Shown here piece by piece: positions 1 through 9,733 of a DNA stretch of 64,000 nt; position 1 is the first letter of the stretch, and each line of letters starts with the position of its first letter. Position numbers and translations under genes: made by a program. Under the pieces are notes generated by a model that was not told the DNA's origin, searched no databases, and saw nothing but the letters and a program-made list of their open reading frames with translations. Source of the DNA: an uncultured Bacilli bacterium. Lineage in GTDB: Bacteria; Bacillota_I; Bacilli_A; RF39; UBA660. The stretch lies in assembly GCA_934096715.1 (NCBI GenBank), contig CAKOMQ010000002.1:24132-88131 (forward strand), in the 5' to 3' direction.

Positions 1-399
1 ATCTGAGTCTGAATTATCTGTAATTTCATTGGTTACTGTAGCTGTTACCTTATAATTATAAGTACAATCTAGTGCTTCATCTCCTTCTGGTAAACTTGCT
101 GTTGCTAATGTGTAATTTGGATTAGTAGTTAGTGCTAGTCCACTCTCGTTTTCATTAGCATAATAAGTCTTTCCTGCATTTGCTTGACTCATTAAATTTG
201 CATCTAAATTTAGATATAACTTAGATGTTTTTGTTTGCATTGTTGGATTTCCTAAGTTGTTTGCTTTACCTGTTACCTTAGCCCCTGTCTTATCACTAGT
301 TGCATTTATACTAAAGTATGCATATGTTCCACCAATTAATAGTAATAATGCAAAAGTGAATGCTACAACTATAAGTTGTTTTTTGTTCATGTTTTTCAT
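1..399 (-). CDS. Secreted or membrane-anchored protein, 5' part only (gene runs off the window). The N-terminal signal anchor MKNMNKKQLIVVAFTFALLLLIGGTYAYFS is paralogous to the N-terminus of the 761-aa protein in its in-frame (ON) form.
   Basis: Minus-strand ATG at 397-399 preceded by RBS AAAGGATAGG. Open frame to the window edge. Lys-rich n-region plus hydrophobic core. Confidence 0.6.
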   Translation of the reverse strand, partial: MKNMNKKQLIVVAFTFALLLLIGGTYAYFSINATSDKTGAKVTGKANNLGNPTMQTKTSKLYLNLDANLMSQANAGKTYYANENESGLALTTNPNYTLATASLPEGDEALDCTYNYKVTATVTNEITDNSDSD

Positions 400-478
400 A
401 ATAACCTATCCTTTTCTAAATAAAAAAGAGAAGTATTTTACTTCCCATAAACTTACATTCAGACTCATTTTTTCAACT

Positions 479-488
479 CCCCCCCCCC
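479..488 (-). repeat. Homopolymeric tract (C10 on + strand, G10 on the gene strand) about 80 nt upstream of the start of the 1..399 gene. It sits inside a ~40-bp block shared with position 35745.
   Basis: 10 consecutive C in a ~25% GC genome. Flanks (CTTCAGAATTGAGAAAAACCTACTG10) nearly identical to the 35745 locus. Confidence 0.85.
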
Positions 489-575
489 AGTAGGTTTTTC
501 TCAATTCTGAAGGGGAATTTTATAACTTATCAGTATAAACTTTTGGGTCATAAAATTCATGTTTTTTGTTGATTC

Positions 576-616
576 GCGAATTAAAATGTACGTTATAGTT
601 GCGAATTAAAATGTAC
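576..616. promoter_or_regulatory. 16-bp direct repeat GCGAATTAAAATGTAC, two copies (576-591 and 601-616, period 25 bp), upstream of the G-tract of the 1..399 gene.
   Basis: Exact 16/16 match read directly. GC-containing motif in AT-rich intergenic DNA. Confidence 0.5.
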
Positions 617-724
617 AAATTATATTTACATAATCAACAATTTCATCTCTTTTATTATCAAGATAATCATATCATTTTTTTAGTATATTGACAATACCAA
701 AAGTATTATTTTTAAAAAAGTTAA

Positions 725-2008
725 CTAATTTTCATATGGTTTAACTACCATAGTAGTTCTATTATCTATATCTATATATGATAAAAATTCTTTTATATCT
801 TGGTAAGTTATACTATTAAGAAGTTCTACTTTATTAGTAATAACTTTGCCAAAATTAATTAATTCATTTTGAAATATATCATTAACCATTTCTACATCTT
901 CAAAATTAAGTATTAAAGTAGCAATATTAGCTTTCTTAATTCTATTAAATGTAGATTCATCTATAGATAGATTATCTAAAGTATTATTAATCTTTTCTAA
1001 TACTAAATCTAAATAATTAGTATCTATAGTAATTATATATATTATTGAGTCATCCATCTTATCTACATTAACATGCATATTATTTATAAGTTCATTATCT
1101 AATAAATCATTCTTAACTACACTAGTAGATCCAAAATTAGCATTCATAAGTATCTTACCAAGTGTTAGTATTTTTATTAAATCCATTCCTTTATAATCAG
1201 ATATCTTACTCTTAATAGCAACCTTTATCTTTATACATTTAGAATTGCTTTCTATCTCATCATAGCTTTTAATTACTTTCTTAGGTTCTAATTCTTTAAT
1301 ACGTTTAGGTTCTAAATATTCAATAAAATCTTTCTTACTTTGATTATCTTTTATACTAGCAAGCATCTCATAAGGATTAAAATTACCAGTAATAACAAGA
1401 TTCATATTACTTGGATGATAATAAGCTTTATATACTAGTTCTATATCTTCTAAAGTAATCTTCTTTATATCTTCTTCCTTACCTGTTATTAAACTATAAT
1501 CTTCTTCTCTTTTAAAGATATTCTTAAGTACTCCATACATATTTAACATATAAGGATCATCTAATCCCATATTAGATTCACTTATTATAATACCCCTTTC
1601 TTTATTAACTAACTTTTTAGTAAAGTAAGGAGTTTCAACAAAATCTAATAACTTGTTAGTAGCGTCCACCGGATTACCTGTACCCATAACTAAATAATTA
1701 GTATAGTTAAATGTAGTAAAGGCATTCGTATCGCATCCCATTTTATTAAATACTTCGTGTGCTGTTAAATCATCACTTAAATTAAACTTAAGATGTTCAA
1801 TATAATGAGCAATTCCATAAGGTACTTTATAAGATTTATTACCTATTTTAAACTTCGTATTAATACTACCAAAATTAACAGATAATGTTGAATAAAACAT
1901 CTTTGAGTTATTATTAACCCACATTACAACATTAAGTCCATTATCAAGTTTAGCTGTATATATTTTCTCATTTAAAGTATTAATTTCTATCTCATTCATT
2001 TTTATCAC
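725..2008 (-). CDS. M16 (pitrilysin/insulinase) family zinc peptidase, catalytic subunit
   Basis: HxxEH zinc-binding motif (HYIEH) near the N-terminus. 427 aa. Confidence 0.8.
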   Translation of the reverse strand: MIKMNEIEINTLNEKIYTAKLDNGLNVVMWVNNNSKMFYSTLSVNFGSINTKFKIGNKSYKVPYGIAHYIEHLKFNLSDDLTAHEVFNKMGCDTNAFTTFNYTNYLVMGTGNPVDATNKLLDFVETPYFTKKLVNKERGIIISESNMGLDDPYMLNMYGVLKNIFKREEDYSLITGKEEDIKKITLEDIELVYKAYYHPSNMNLVITGNFNPYEMLASIKDNQSKKDFIEYLEPKRIKELEPKKVIKSYDEIESNSKCIKIKVAIKSKISDYKGMDLIKILTLGKILMNANFGSTSVVKNDLLDNELINNMHVNVDKMDDSIIYIITIDTNYLDLVLEKINNTLDNLSIDESTFNRIKKANIATLILNFEDVEMVNDIFQNELINFGKVITNKVELLNSITYQDIKEFLSYIDIDNRTTMVVKPYEN

Positions 2009-3266
2009 CTGGATTTAATACATAAGTAGTATTTAATTTTAAAGACTTAGCTACTTTAAACATATCATCTTTATTTAAAGACTTAAGTATTTCTAACTTC
2101 TCTTCATATAATGGAACATCACTTATATCATGAAAAAAATAATTATTTAAAATAGCTACATTTACATCTAATGTACTTTCTATATTCATCTTCATACCAT
2201 CTTTACACATATTAAATAAATCATCACTTATAAGTTTTCCTTTACATATATCTTTTATAGATTTAATAATAATCTTCTTAGCTAACTCTACATTACTCTT
2301 ATCTAAACTACATTCTATTGCTAATAAACCATCATATCTTAAATTCATACTACGAACAGAATAACATAAACTCTTTTCTTCTCTTATCTTTTGATATAGT
2401 ATACTATTTAAACCACTACTACAAAGAATACTATTAAATAATTGCATACAACTATTATTATACTTATTATCTTCTAATAAAACATTATATAGAAGTACTA
2501 AAGTACTTTGACCAAACTTATCTACTTCTACTATTTCTTGTGGTTTCTTTCTAACTATATTATTTACATTAATAGGTATCTTCTTATCTTTTATAACCCT
2601 GTTAACGAACCTTTTCTTTATTAAATCAACCATTCTTTCATTAACATTACCTATTATATAAATATCACATAAAAACTTATCAAATAAATCTTTATAAGCA
2701 GAATATAACTTTTCTGTTGTAATACTTTCTACTAATTCTTTAGTTCCAAGGATCTTTTTAGAAGTAATAGAAGATTCATCCATATACTTAAGAGCACTAA
2801 GTAAAGCTTTTCTATCAGGACTTTCCATAGTTAACTCTATATCTTCTATAGTTCTATTCTTTATAACAGATAAATCTTTATTATCAAATTCATTATTCTT
2901 AACTTTAGGTTTAAGTATAGTATCAAATATAAACTCAATAACATCAGATAAATAGTTTTCATCATTCTTAATATATACTGGATCTATAAACTCCCCTATA
3001 AAAGAAGTAACCATCATATTTCCTACTTTAGAATTAACTCCATACATAACTAATTTATATAATTCTTCTTTCCTAATATTCATACTCATTCTACTAGGAT
3101 AACTCTTAGATGTATCAGTCATTAAATCAGTTAATATACTATATAAAGGTAAACTTTCTTCTTTAGCAGTATCTCTAAATAATACTTCTATTCTTATAGT
3201 TTTAAACTTATCAGTTTTAATAGTATGTATATTATAAGAATTACAATTATATTTTTTATATTCCAC
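1992..3266 (-). CDS. M16 family peptidase-like protein, non-catalytic partner (no HxxEH)
   Basis: Overlapping and co-oriented with the catalytic M16 gene. Similar size, lacks the zinc motif. Confidence 0.65.
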   Translation of the reverse strand: MEYKKYNCNSYNIHTIKTDKFKTIRIEVLFRDTAKEESLPLYSILTDLMTDTSKSYPSRMSMNIRKEELYKLVMYGVNSKVGNMMVTSFIGEFIDPVYIKNDENYLSDVIEFIFDTILKPKVKNNEFDNKDLSVIKNRTIEDIELTMESPDRKALLSALKYMDESSITSKKILGTKELVESITTEKLYSAYKDLFDKFLCDIYIIGNVNERMVDLIKKRFVNRVIKDKKIPINVNNIVRKKPQEIVEVDKFGQSTLVLLYNVLLEDNKYNNSCMQLFNSILCSSGLNSILYQKIREEKSLCYSVRSMNLRYDGLLAIECSLDKSNVELAKKIIIKSIKDICKGKLISDDLFNMCKDGMKMNIESTLDVNVAILNNYFFHDISDVPLYEEKLEILKSLNKDDMFKVAKSLKLNTTYVLNPGDKNE

Positions 3267-3312
3267 TTATATTCCACCTACTCTCTATATAGTATATCTA
3301 AATAATCTAATA

Positions 3313-4452
3313 TTATAAATTATTTTCATATTGTTTATAAAAGAAATCATCAGTCATACCAGCTATATAATCTATAACTATTCTTTCATTACTATTATTC
3401 TTTCTATAATCTTCATCCATATTATTTAAATAACTCTTTATAATAGAAGATTCTATATTATTATCATTTAGATCTCTTAAATATCTATTAAATAGTGTCT
3501 TAAACATAAGTCTTACTAACTCAAGTTCATCAGTACTACAAGCAAAATCATATATATGTCTATAATTAAATTCTTTTAATTCTTTAATACTTTTATAAAT
3601 ATTATCACTTAATTTAATATAATCTTTACCTACACTATTCTTTAGAATATCCATAATAATAGTATTAACAATATCATTATTTTTAGTACCTAAATTTTCT
3701 TTAATACTTCTAGGAATATCATCTTTCTTAATAATTCCTAGTCTAATAGCGTCTTCAATATCTCTACCTAGATAAGCTATCATATCACTTATTCTAACTA
3801 CACAACCTTCTAAAGTCATTGGAACTAGTTTTTTTATTTGTTCTTTATCTTTATAACTATTTTCATATTCACTCAAAAATTCTTCTTTAGTTTTCTTTCT
3901 TGGTTTATACTCCCCTAATAAGAATTCTCCATTATGACACATAATACCATCAAGTACTTGTAAAGTAGCATTAATACCCCTACCATGATTTTCTATATTC
4001 ATAAGCACTCTAACACTTTCTATATTATGATTAAAATATCCACAACCACATTCAAGAGATATATCATTTAAAATATATTCTCCCCTATGACCATACGGAA
4101 CATGTCCAAGATCATGACCAAGTGCTATTGCTTCAATCAAGTCTTCATTTAACCCCAGTGCTCTACCTATAGTTCTAGCAATTTTACTAACAAACTGTAC
4201 ATGAGTCATTCTCTTTTGAATATGGTCATTATTCTTCTTAGTAAACACTTGTGTCTTATCCATATATCTTGAATAAGCATGAGTATAAATTATCTTATCA
4301 ATATCATGATAAAAAGGAGTTCTAATTCCATCATCTTCCTTATTAAATCTAATGGCTTCTTCATCTTTGCAAGCAAACTTACTTAAATATTCATTTTTAA
4401 TTTTCATATTATTTTCTATTACATCTGTTTTCATGTTTATATGATACCACAA
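3313..4452 (-). CDS. dgt: dGTP triphosphohydrolase-like HD-domain phosphohydrolase
   Basis: HD motif (ALGHDLGHVPYGH) and RTPF..D.DKIIYT N-terminal signature of the dGTPase family. Confidence 0.75.
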   Translation of the reverse strand: MWYHINMKTDVIENNMKIKNEYLSKFACKDEEAIRFNKEDDGIRTPFYHDIDKIIYTHAYSRYMDKTQVFTKKNNDHIQKRMTHVQFVSKIARTIGRALGLNEDLIEAIALGHDLGHVPYGHRGEYILNDISLECGCGYFNHNIESVRVLMNIENHGRGINATLQVLDGIMCHNGEFLLGEYKPRKKTKEEFLSEYENSYKDKEQIKKLVPMTLEGCVVRISDMIAYLGRDIEDAIRLGIIKKDDIPRSIKENLGTKNNDIVNTIIMDILKNSVGKDYIKLSDNIYKSIKELKEFNYRHIYDFACSTDELELVRLMFKTLFNRYLRDLNDNNIESSIIKSYLNNMDEDYRKNNSNERIVIDYIAGMTDDFFYKQYENNL

Positions 4453-4477
4453 ATATTAAAAGTCTCCAAGCGGAGAC

Positions 4478-5035
4478 TTATATAATACTTTTTAATTCTA
4501 CTTTAGTATTATCTATATAATATAAATAATTATCTTCTATTTTCAATACATCAGTCAAATTATTATAATTATCTTTAACATCTGTATACATTAAATTATA
4601 ATAACTATCATAATCAAATAACCCAATAGTATTATCTTCTTTTAATAAGACAATATATATATTATTATCTACTTCTATTTTATATAATTTCTTTATATCA
4701 CTACTAAGTTTTATCTTATATATCTTTTCTTTTTCATTAGGAGTTATATTTTCTAGAGTAGCATTATTATATAAACTAACTAATCTATCTTTTAAATTAT
4801 TACCTATATCTAATTTATTTATAGCTTCTTTATTAATAGGAACTATTAAACTAGTACCATCATTTAAAAGATATATACTTACATATTCTAAATTAATTTT
4901 ATCTTCTATAAGAATACTATTTTTAGGACTACTTTTATAGTCACTTACTTCCTTATAATATCTACTACCTAAAAAATATGCAATAAACAATAATATTACT
5001 ATAAGAAGAGTTACTAATAATCTTTTATCCTTCAT
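4478..5035 (-). CDS. Hypothetical membrane-anchored protein (N-terminal TM helix)
   Basis: ORF with hydrophobic N-terminus. Confidence 0.5.
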   Translation of the reverse strand: MKDKRLLVTLLIVILLFIAYFLGSRYYKEVSDYKSSPKNSILIEDKINLEYVSIYLLNDGTSLIVPINKEAINKLDIGNNLKDRLVSLYNNATLENITPNEKEKIYKIKLSSDIKKLYKIEVDNNIYIVLLKEDNTIGLFDYDSYYNLMYTDVKDNYNNLTDVLKIEDNYLYYIDNTKVELKSII

Positions 5036-5450
5036 ATTCTTCTAATGCTTTAATAATACTTTTATAAGGAAGTAATACACAATTCTTACGATTATTTTGT
5101 TTATACACTTCATTAAAACATATTCCTTCATTTAATATTTCTTCATTATAATCTTTTTCATTAATCATATTATCAAAATTATTTATATATTCACGTGCAC
5201 TTTTAATATCTTTACCCACTAAATTCTTAATCATAATAGAAGTACTAGCTGTAGACATAGCACATGCTTCCCCATTAAACTTAATATCTTTTATAATACC
5301 ATCTTCTATATCTATATAAATATCTAAATTATCTATACAATTAGGATTTCTAGTATTATATTTTTTATAACTATCACTTACTTCATCACTCTTATTAATT
5401 GGATTACTAAAATGTTCAAGTATTATTTCTCTTCTTAATTCACTATCCAT
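5025..5450 (-). CDS. sufU: SufU/IscU-like Fe-S cluster assembly scaffold / sulfurtransferase
   Basis: Conserved Cys residues (NPNCID..., GEACAMSTAS). Position next to sufS. Confidence 0.8.
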   Translation of the reverse strand: MDSELRREIILEHFSNPINKSDEVSDSYKKYNTRNPNCIDNLDIYIDIEDGIIKDIKFNGEACAMSTASTSIMIKNLVGKDIKSAREYINNFDNMINEKDYNEEILNEGICFNEVYKQNNRKNCVLLPYKSIIKALEEYEG

Positions 5451-6646
5451 TATAACATCTCTTTCATTATCTTATCTTTATCTTTTAATAAATCTACTAA
5501 CTCATCTATTTCACTTTTAGTATTATAGAAATACAAACTTACTCTTATTGAATTAGATACACCTAAGAAATTCTTAGTAAGTTTAGCACAATGATTACCT
5601 GCTCTTACACATATATGATATTTATTCAAATAATAACTTACATCTTCTGAAAATAATCCATCTACATTAAATGCTACAATAGCACTATCAGCTTCTAAAT
5701 TAAGTATATCAATATGTTTTATTTTAATTAATTTTTCTATTAAATAATTTCTTAATTCTTTCTCTCTATCAATAATATTATTTAAACCTATTTTATTTAT
5801 ATATTTTATACTTTCACCTAGTCCAATAACTCCCGCTACATTAGGTGTTCCCGCTTCTAATCTAGTAGGTAATCCTTTTAACTCTACTTCATTTATATTA
5901 TCAAAAGATTCATTCATTCCCCCACCTAAATTAACTGGTTCTAAATTATCCAATAGTTCATACTTACCATACAGTACTCCAACTCCTGTAGGTCCTAACA
6001 TCTTATGTCCTGAGAATGCTAAAAAGTCTACATCAGTATCTATTACATCTGTTTTTATATGTCCTATACTTTGAGCACCATCTACTACTACATAAATATC
6101 ATTTTCATGAGCATACTTAGTTATCTCTTTAATAGGTCTTATATCCCCAATAACATTTGTTATATGGGCAAGAGATATTACTTTAGTATTTGGTGTTACA
6201 ACACTTTTTAAGTTTTCAAGCGTTACATGATAATTCTCATCAAGTGGTATATACTTAATAACTGCTCCTTTAGTTCTAGCTAATCTAAACCAAGGTAATA
6301 CATTAGATGCATGTTCACTCTTAGTTATAACTATTTCATCTCCAGGTTCAATTAAATTACTAAAGAAACCATTAACTATCATATTAAGAGATTCAGTAGC
6401 ACCACTAGTAAATACTATTTCTTCTTTAAGTCTTGCATTAATATATTCTCTAACTAACTCTCTAGTATCTTCATATTCTTCGTTTACTTTATAAGATATA
6501 TCATAGTCTCCCCTATGAGCATTAGCACTATAATTAGAATAATAGTCTACTTGTTTATCTATAACACTAAAAGGTTTTAAAGTAGTCGCACCATTATCAA
6601 AATATATTATATCTTTTCTTAACATTGGAAAGTCTTCTCTATTCAT
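5450..6646 (-). CDS. sufS: Cysteine desulfurase (SufS, PLP-dependent)
   Basis: PLP-lysine motif SGHKMLGPTGVGVLYG. Class V aminotransferase fold. Confidence 0.9.
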   Translation of the reverse strand: MNREDFPMLRKDIIYFDNGATTLKPFSVIDKQVDYYSNYSANAHRGDYDISYKVNEEYEDTRELVREYINARLKEEIVFTSGATESLNMIVNGFFSNLIEPGDEIVITKSEHASNVLPWFRLARTKGAVIKYIPLDENYHVTLENLKSVVTPNTKVISLAHITNVIGDIRPIKEITKYAHENDIYVVVDGAQSIGHIKTDVIDTDVDFLAFSGHKMLGPTGVGVLYGKYELLDNLEPVNLGGGMNESFDNINEVELKGLPTRLEAGTPNVAGVIGLGESIKYINKIGLNNIIDREKELRNYLIEKLIKIKHIDILNLEADSAIVAFNVDGLFSEDVSYYLNKYHICVRAGNHCAKLTKNFLGVSNSIRVSLYFYNTKSEIDELVDLLKDKDKIMKEML

Positions 6647-6657
6647 TTTACACCTCC

Positions 6658-7314
6658 TTAATTATAAAATTCTTTTATATAATCATCCATATTACTTTTT
6701 ATAAATCCATTCATTACTAGTTCACTACTAAGTTTTTCACTTAATCCTTTACTCATTAAATAATTAACTTGTTCTGTGTCTACTCCGCTAATAGTGGCAC
6801 TATGATTTGCTTCCACTTCATTGCTATCACATACAATAATTGGATCTATTTCTATATATCCATGAGTTATTATTCCCTTAACAGATTCACTCAAATAATT
6901 ATCTTTACTACTTTTATTTATATTAGCCCTTACAACTATACTAGATAATCCATTATTAGATATATTCTTAATTAATATATCAGTCTTATTATTATCATCT
7001 TCTATATTATTTACTACTTCTAAATAATTATCTTCTTCATTTACATAAGAATAATTAAAATTAATACTTGAATTACTAGTTTGATTAATCTCAATATATT
7101 TTAATTTGCATACATTATAAATATAAATATCAAGTTTACTATTATCTTTCATATTTATAACTAAATTTTCTATATTTTGATTAACTATATATATAATAGA
7201 TTCTCCATATACATTTAAGAGTATTTTACTATCTTTAGTAGTTAAGTCATTTATACTATTATTAATATCAATATTACTATTTACTAATATTTTATTCACA
7301 TTCTTCATAATCAC
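6658..7314 (-). CDS. sufD: SufD-like Fe-S assembly protein (short, 218 aa)
   Basis: C-terminal SufB/D signature (...YLMSKGLSEKLSSELVMNGFI). Lies between sufC and sufS. Confidence 0.65.
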   Translation of the reverse strand: MIMKNVNKILVNSNIDINNSINDLTTKDSKILLNVYGESIIYIVNQNIENLVINMKDNSKLDIYIYNVCKLKYIEINQTSNSSINFNYSYVNEEDNYLEVVNNIEDDNNKTDILIKNISNNGLSSIVVRANINKSSKDNYLSESVKGIITHGYIEIDPIIVCDSNEVEANHSATISGVDTEQVNYLMSKGLSEKLSSELVMNGFIKSNMDDYIKEFYN

Positions 7315-7332
7315 TTACTTATTTAGCCTTAT

Positions 7333-8064
7333 CTAAATATTTTTAAATCCATTTTTTAATATATCTATAGCTAATTCTTTATCTCCAGATTTAACTATTT
7401 TTTTATTATTTAAAACATGTACATTAAACTCATCAAAATACTTAATTAATCTTTCTTCATGAGTAATAATTAATATCGAAGGTTTATATTCCACATAGTA
7501 TTCTTTAATATTATTCATAACTACTTTGACACTATCAACATCTAGTCCACTATCTATTTCATCTAAAATTATAAAACTAGGTTTAATAACCCACATATGC
7601 ATAAGCTCTATCTTTTTTCTTTCTCCCCCACTACAAGAAACATTTATATCTTTATGAATAAAACTTTTATCCAAATCAAGCTTTTTACAGATATTTTCTA
7701 ATTCTCTATTAAATTCAAATATATTAATATTTTCTTTATTCTTTTCGTTAAGAAGAGTTCTTAACATTAAAGCATTACTTACTCCTTCAACTTCAATTGG
7801 ATTTTGACTAACACTATAAATACCTGCTCTAGCTATATCAGTAATACTCTTACCTAGTAGTTCTTCTCCATTATATTTAATACTTCCCCTAACTTGATAA
7901 TCTTTATTACCAGTAATAACCTTAGTAATACTAGATTTTCCAGCTCCATTCGGACCCATTAAAACATGAATCTCTCCATCTAATATATCTAAATTAATAT
8001 CTTCTAATATATCTAAATTATCTACTTTAACAGATAAATTCTTTATACTTAACATAAAAACCAC
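7333..8064 (-). CDS. sufC: SufC Fe-S assembly ATPase
   Basis: Walker A GPNGAGKSS and ABC signature SGGERKK. Confidence 0.9.
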   Translation of the reverse strand: MVFMLSIKNLSVKVDNLDILEDINLDILDGEIHVLMGPNGAGKSSITKVITGNKDYQVRGSIKYNGEELLGKSITDIARAGIYSVSQNPIEVEGVSNALMLRTLLNEKNKENINIFEFNRELENICKKLDLDKSFIHKDINVSCSGGERKKIELMHMWVIKPSFIILDEIDSGLDVDSVKVVMNNIKEYYVEYKPSILIITHEERLIKYFDEFNVHVLNNKKIVKSGDKELAIDILKNGFKNI

Positions 8065-8189
8065 CTATCTAATTTTATCAAATTTTGTGTCTTTTGTCAT
8101 TAATAGTAAATAATTTATTTATTTTTAAAAAAATGGTTTATATTTCGGATATTTTATGATAAAATATAAACTATAAGGAGTTGATATAC

Positions 8190-9233
8190 ATGGATGGAAT
8201 TGGAAAGAATTTAAAAAGAATACGTCTTCTTAAAAATCTATCTTTAAAAGAAGCCGGTAATTTATTAAATATGAGTCCTACCGCTATTCAAAAGTACGAA
8301 AAGGGAGAAATTATACCCGACTCAAAAAAAACAATTGAATTTGCTAATGCTTATAAAGTAGACATAATAGACATTTTAAAAATATACAGCGCACCAAAAA
8401 TGAGTTTTAGTTCATTTAGAAAAAGAAAAAGATTAAGTGGTCAAAAATTAGAATTATTAGAAAGTCTAATTGAAAATGAAGTAAGTAAATATTTGGAAGT
8501 AATAGAATTAAACAACATTAATTATCACAAAGTATGTTTAAAAAAATATAATTGCAATTCATTATTAGATAGTGAAAATGCTGCTTTAGAATTTCGTAAA
8601 TACATTAATATTTCTCCTAAGCAACCTATATCTGATTTAATAAGCATTTTGGAAAATCTAGGAATATTAATTATTCAAATTAAAAATATAGACAATAAAT
8701 TTAACGACTTTGATGGATTAAGTGAAATAGTAAATAAAATACCCGTAATCGTTCTTTTAGATGATATCAAAGATGGCGCCAGACAAAGATTTACAATTGC
8801 TCATGAACTTGGACATTTAATTTTAAATATAGAAGATAACTCTTTAAATGAAGAAAAATTATGCGACCGATTTGCAAGTGCTCTTCTTATGCCAAAAGAC
8901 GCTGTTATAAATGAATTTGGAAATAATCGTAAGAACATTAATTTCTTTGAATTAATAGCGTTCAAAAAAGAATATAAAGTGAGTATTGCCGCTATTAACT
9001 ATAGACTTAAAGACTTAAATATCATATCTTCTTATTTATATAAAAATTTAAGTATTCTAATAAACAAGAAAATTGGTAAAACTGATCCAGATCCAATAAG
9101 TCCTGAAAAATCATATCAATTTAAAAAAATAATATACAAACTAGAAGCAGATGAAATAATATCAATAAATAAAGCTTGCGAATTAATGGGGGTCACATCT
9201 AATGAATACAGAGAAGAAAATTATAATAACTGA
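8190..9233 (+). CDS. XRE-family HTH domain fused to an ImmA/IrrE-type (COG2856-like) HExxH zinc metallopeptidase domain
   Basis: N-terminal HTH (LKNLSLKEAGNLLNMSPTAIQKYEKG) and C-terminal HEXXH (IAHELGHLILN). ATG 8190 with RBS AAGGAG 9 nt upstream (the ORF track used an upstream TTG). Confidence 0.75.
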   Translation: MDGIGKNLKRIRLLKNLSLKEAGNLLNMSPTAIQKYEKGEIIPDSKKTIEFANAYKVDIIDILKIYSAPKMSFSSFRKRKRLSGQKLELLESLIENEVSKYLEVIELNNINYHKVCLKKYNCNSLLDSENAALEFRKYINISPKQPISDLISILENLGILIIQIKNIDNKFNDFDGLSEIVNKIPVIVLLDDIKDGARQRFTIAHELGHLILNIEDNSLNEEKLCDRFASALLMPKDAVINEFGNNRKNINFFELIAFKKEYKVSIAAINYRLKDLNIISSYLYKNLSILINKKIGKTDPDPISPEKSYQFKKIIYKLEADEIISINKACELMGVTSNEYREENYNN

Positions 9234-9705
9234 TACCAATATTATAACTGATTTATATATTGCAGGTGTCTTAGAAGAATTTATTCTTTTAGATAATATT
9301 TACATTAGTGATATAGTAAAAACTAATGAAATAAACAACAAAACTTGTGATTTAAAATTAATAAGCAAATTCAAAACAGTAGAAGCAAATTCTATGGAAC
9401 TTTTGGAAGCAAGTTATTTATCTATCGTAGAAAAGAAATTATCTATATTTGATTTACTAAATTTTATTATATGTAGAGACAATAATTACATATTAGCAAC
9501 AGGAGACAATCGGTTAAAAGAATACTCAGAAAGTCATAATATAGAAGTAATTAGAACTTTAAAGATTATTAAAGATATGTATAATTCAAAAAATATCTCT
9601 AATAAAAAATCTATTGATGCTTGTAATAAATTAAAGGAATCAAGCAAAACAAGAATACCTATAAAAGAAATAGACAATTTGATTAATTATTTAAAAAAAT
9701 ATTAG
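9202..9705 (+). CDS. PIN-like nuclease domain protein (DUF4411-like), putative toxin or effector partner of the upstream HTH-peptidase
   Basis: N-terminal hhhDTNhhh motif (IIITDTNIITD) and downstream T.D motif (ILATGDNR). Start overlaps the end of the upstream gene by 32 nt. Confidence 0.6.
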   Translation: MNTEKKIIITDTNIITDLYIAGVLEEFILLDNIYISDIVKTNEINNKTCDLKLISKFKTVEANSMELLEASYLSIVEKKLSIFDLLNFIICRDNNYILATGDNRLKEYSESHNIEVIRTLKIIKDMYNSKNISNKKSIDACNKLKESSKTRIPIKEIDNLINYLKKY

Positions 9706-9733
9706 AAACTAAGTAATTGGGTTTCTAATATTT

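Noticed and set aside
257-493. 78-aa plus-strand ORF ending in PPPQ
   Set aside because: It is antisense to the real minus-strand gene start (1..399) and reads through the C10 tract (hence Pro-Pro-Pro). No RBS. Artefact.
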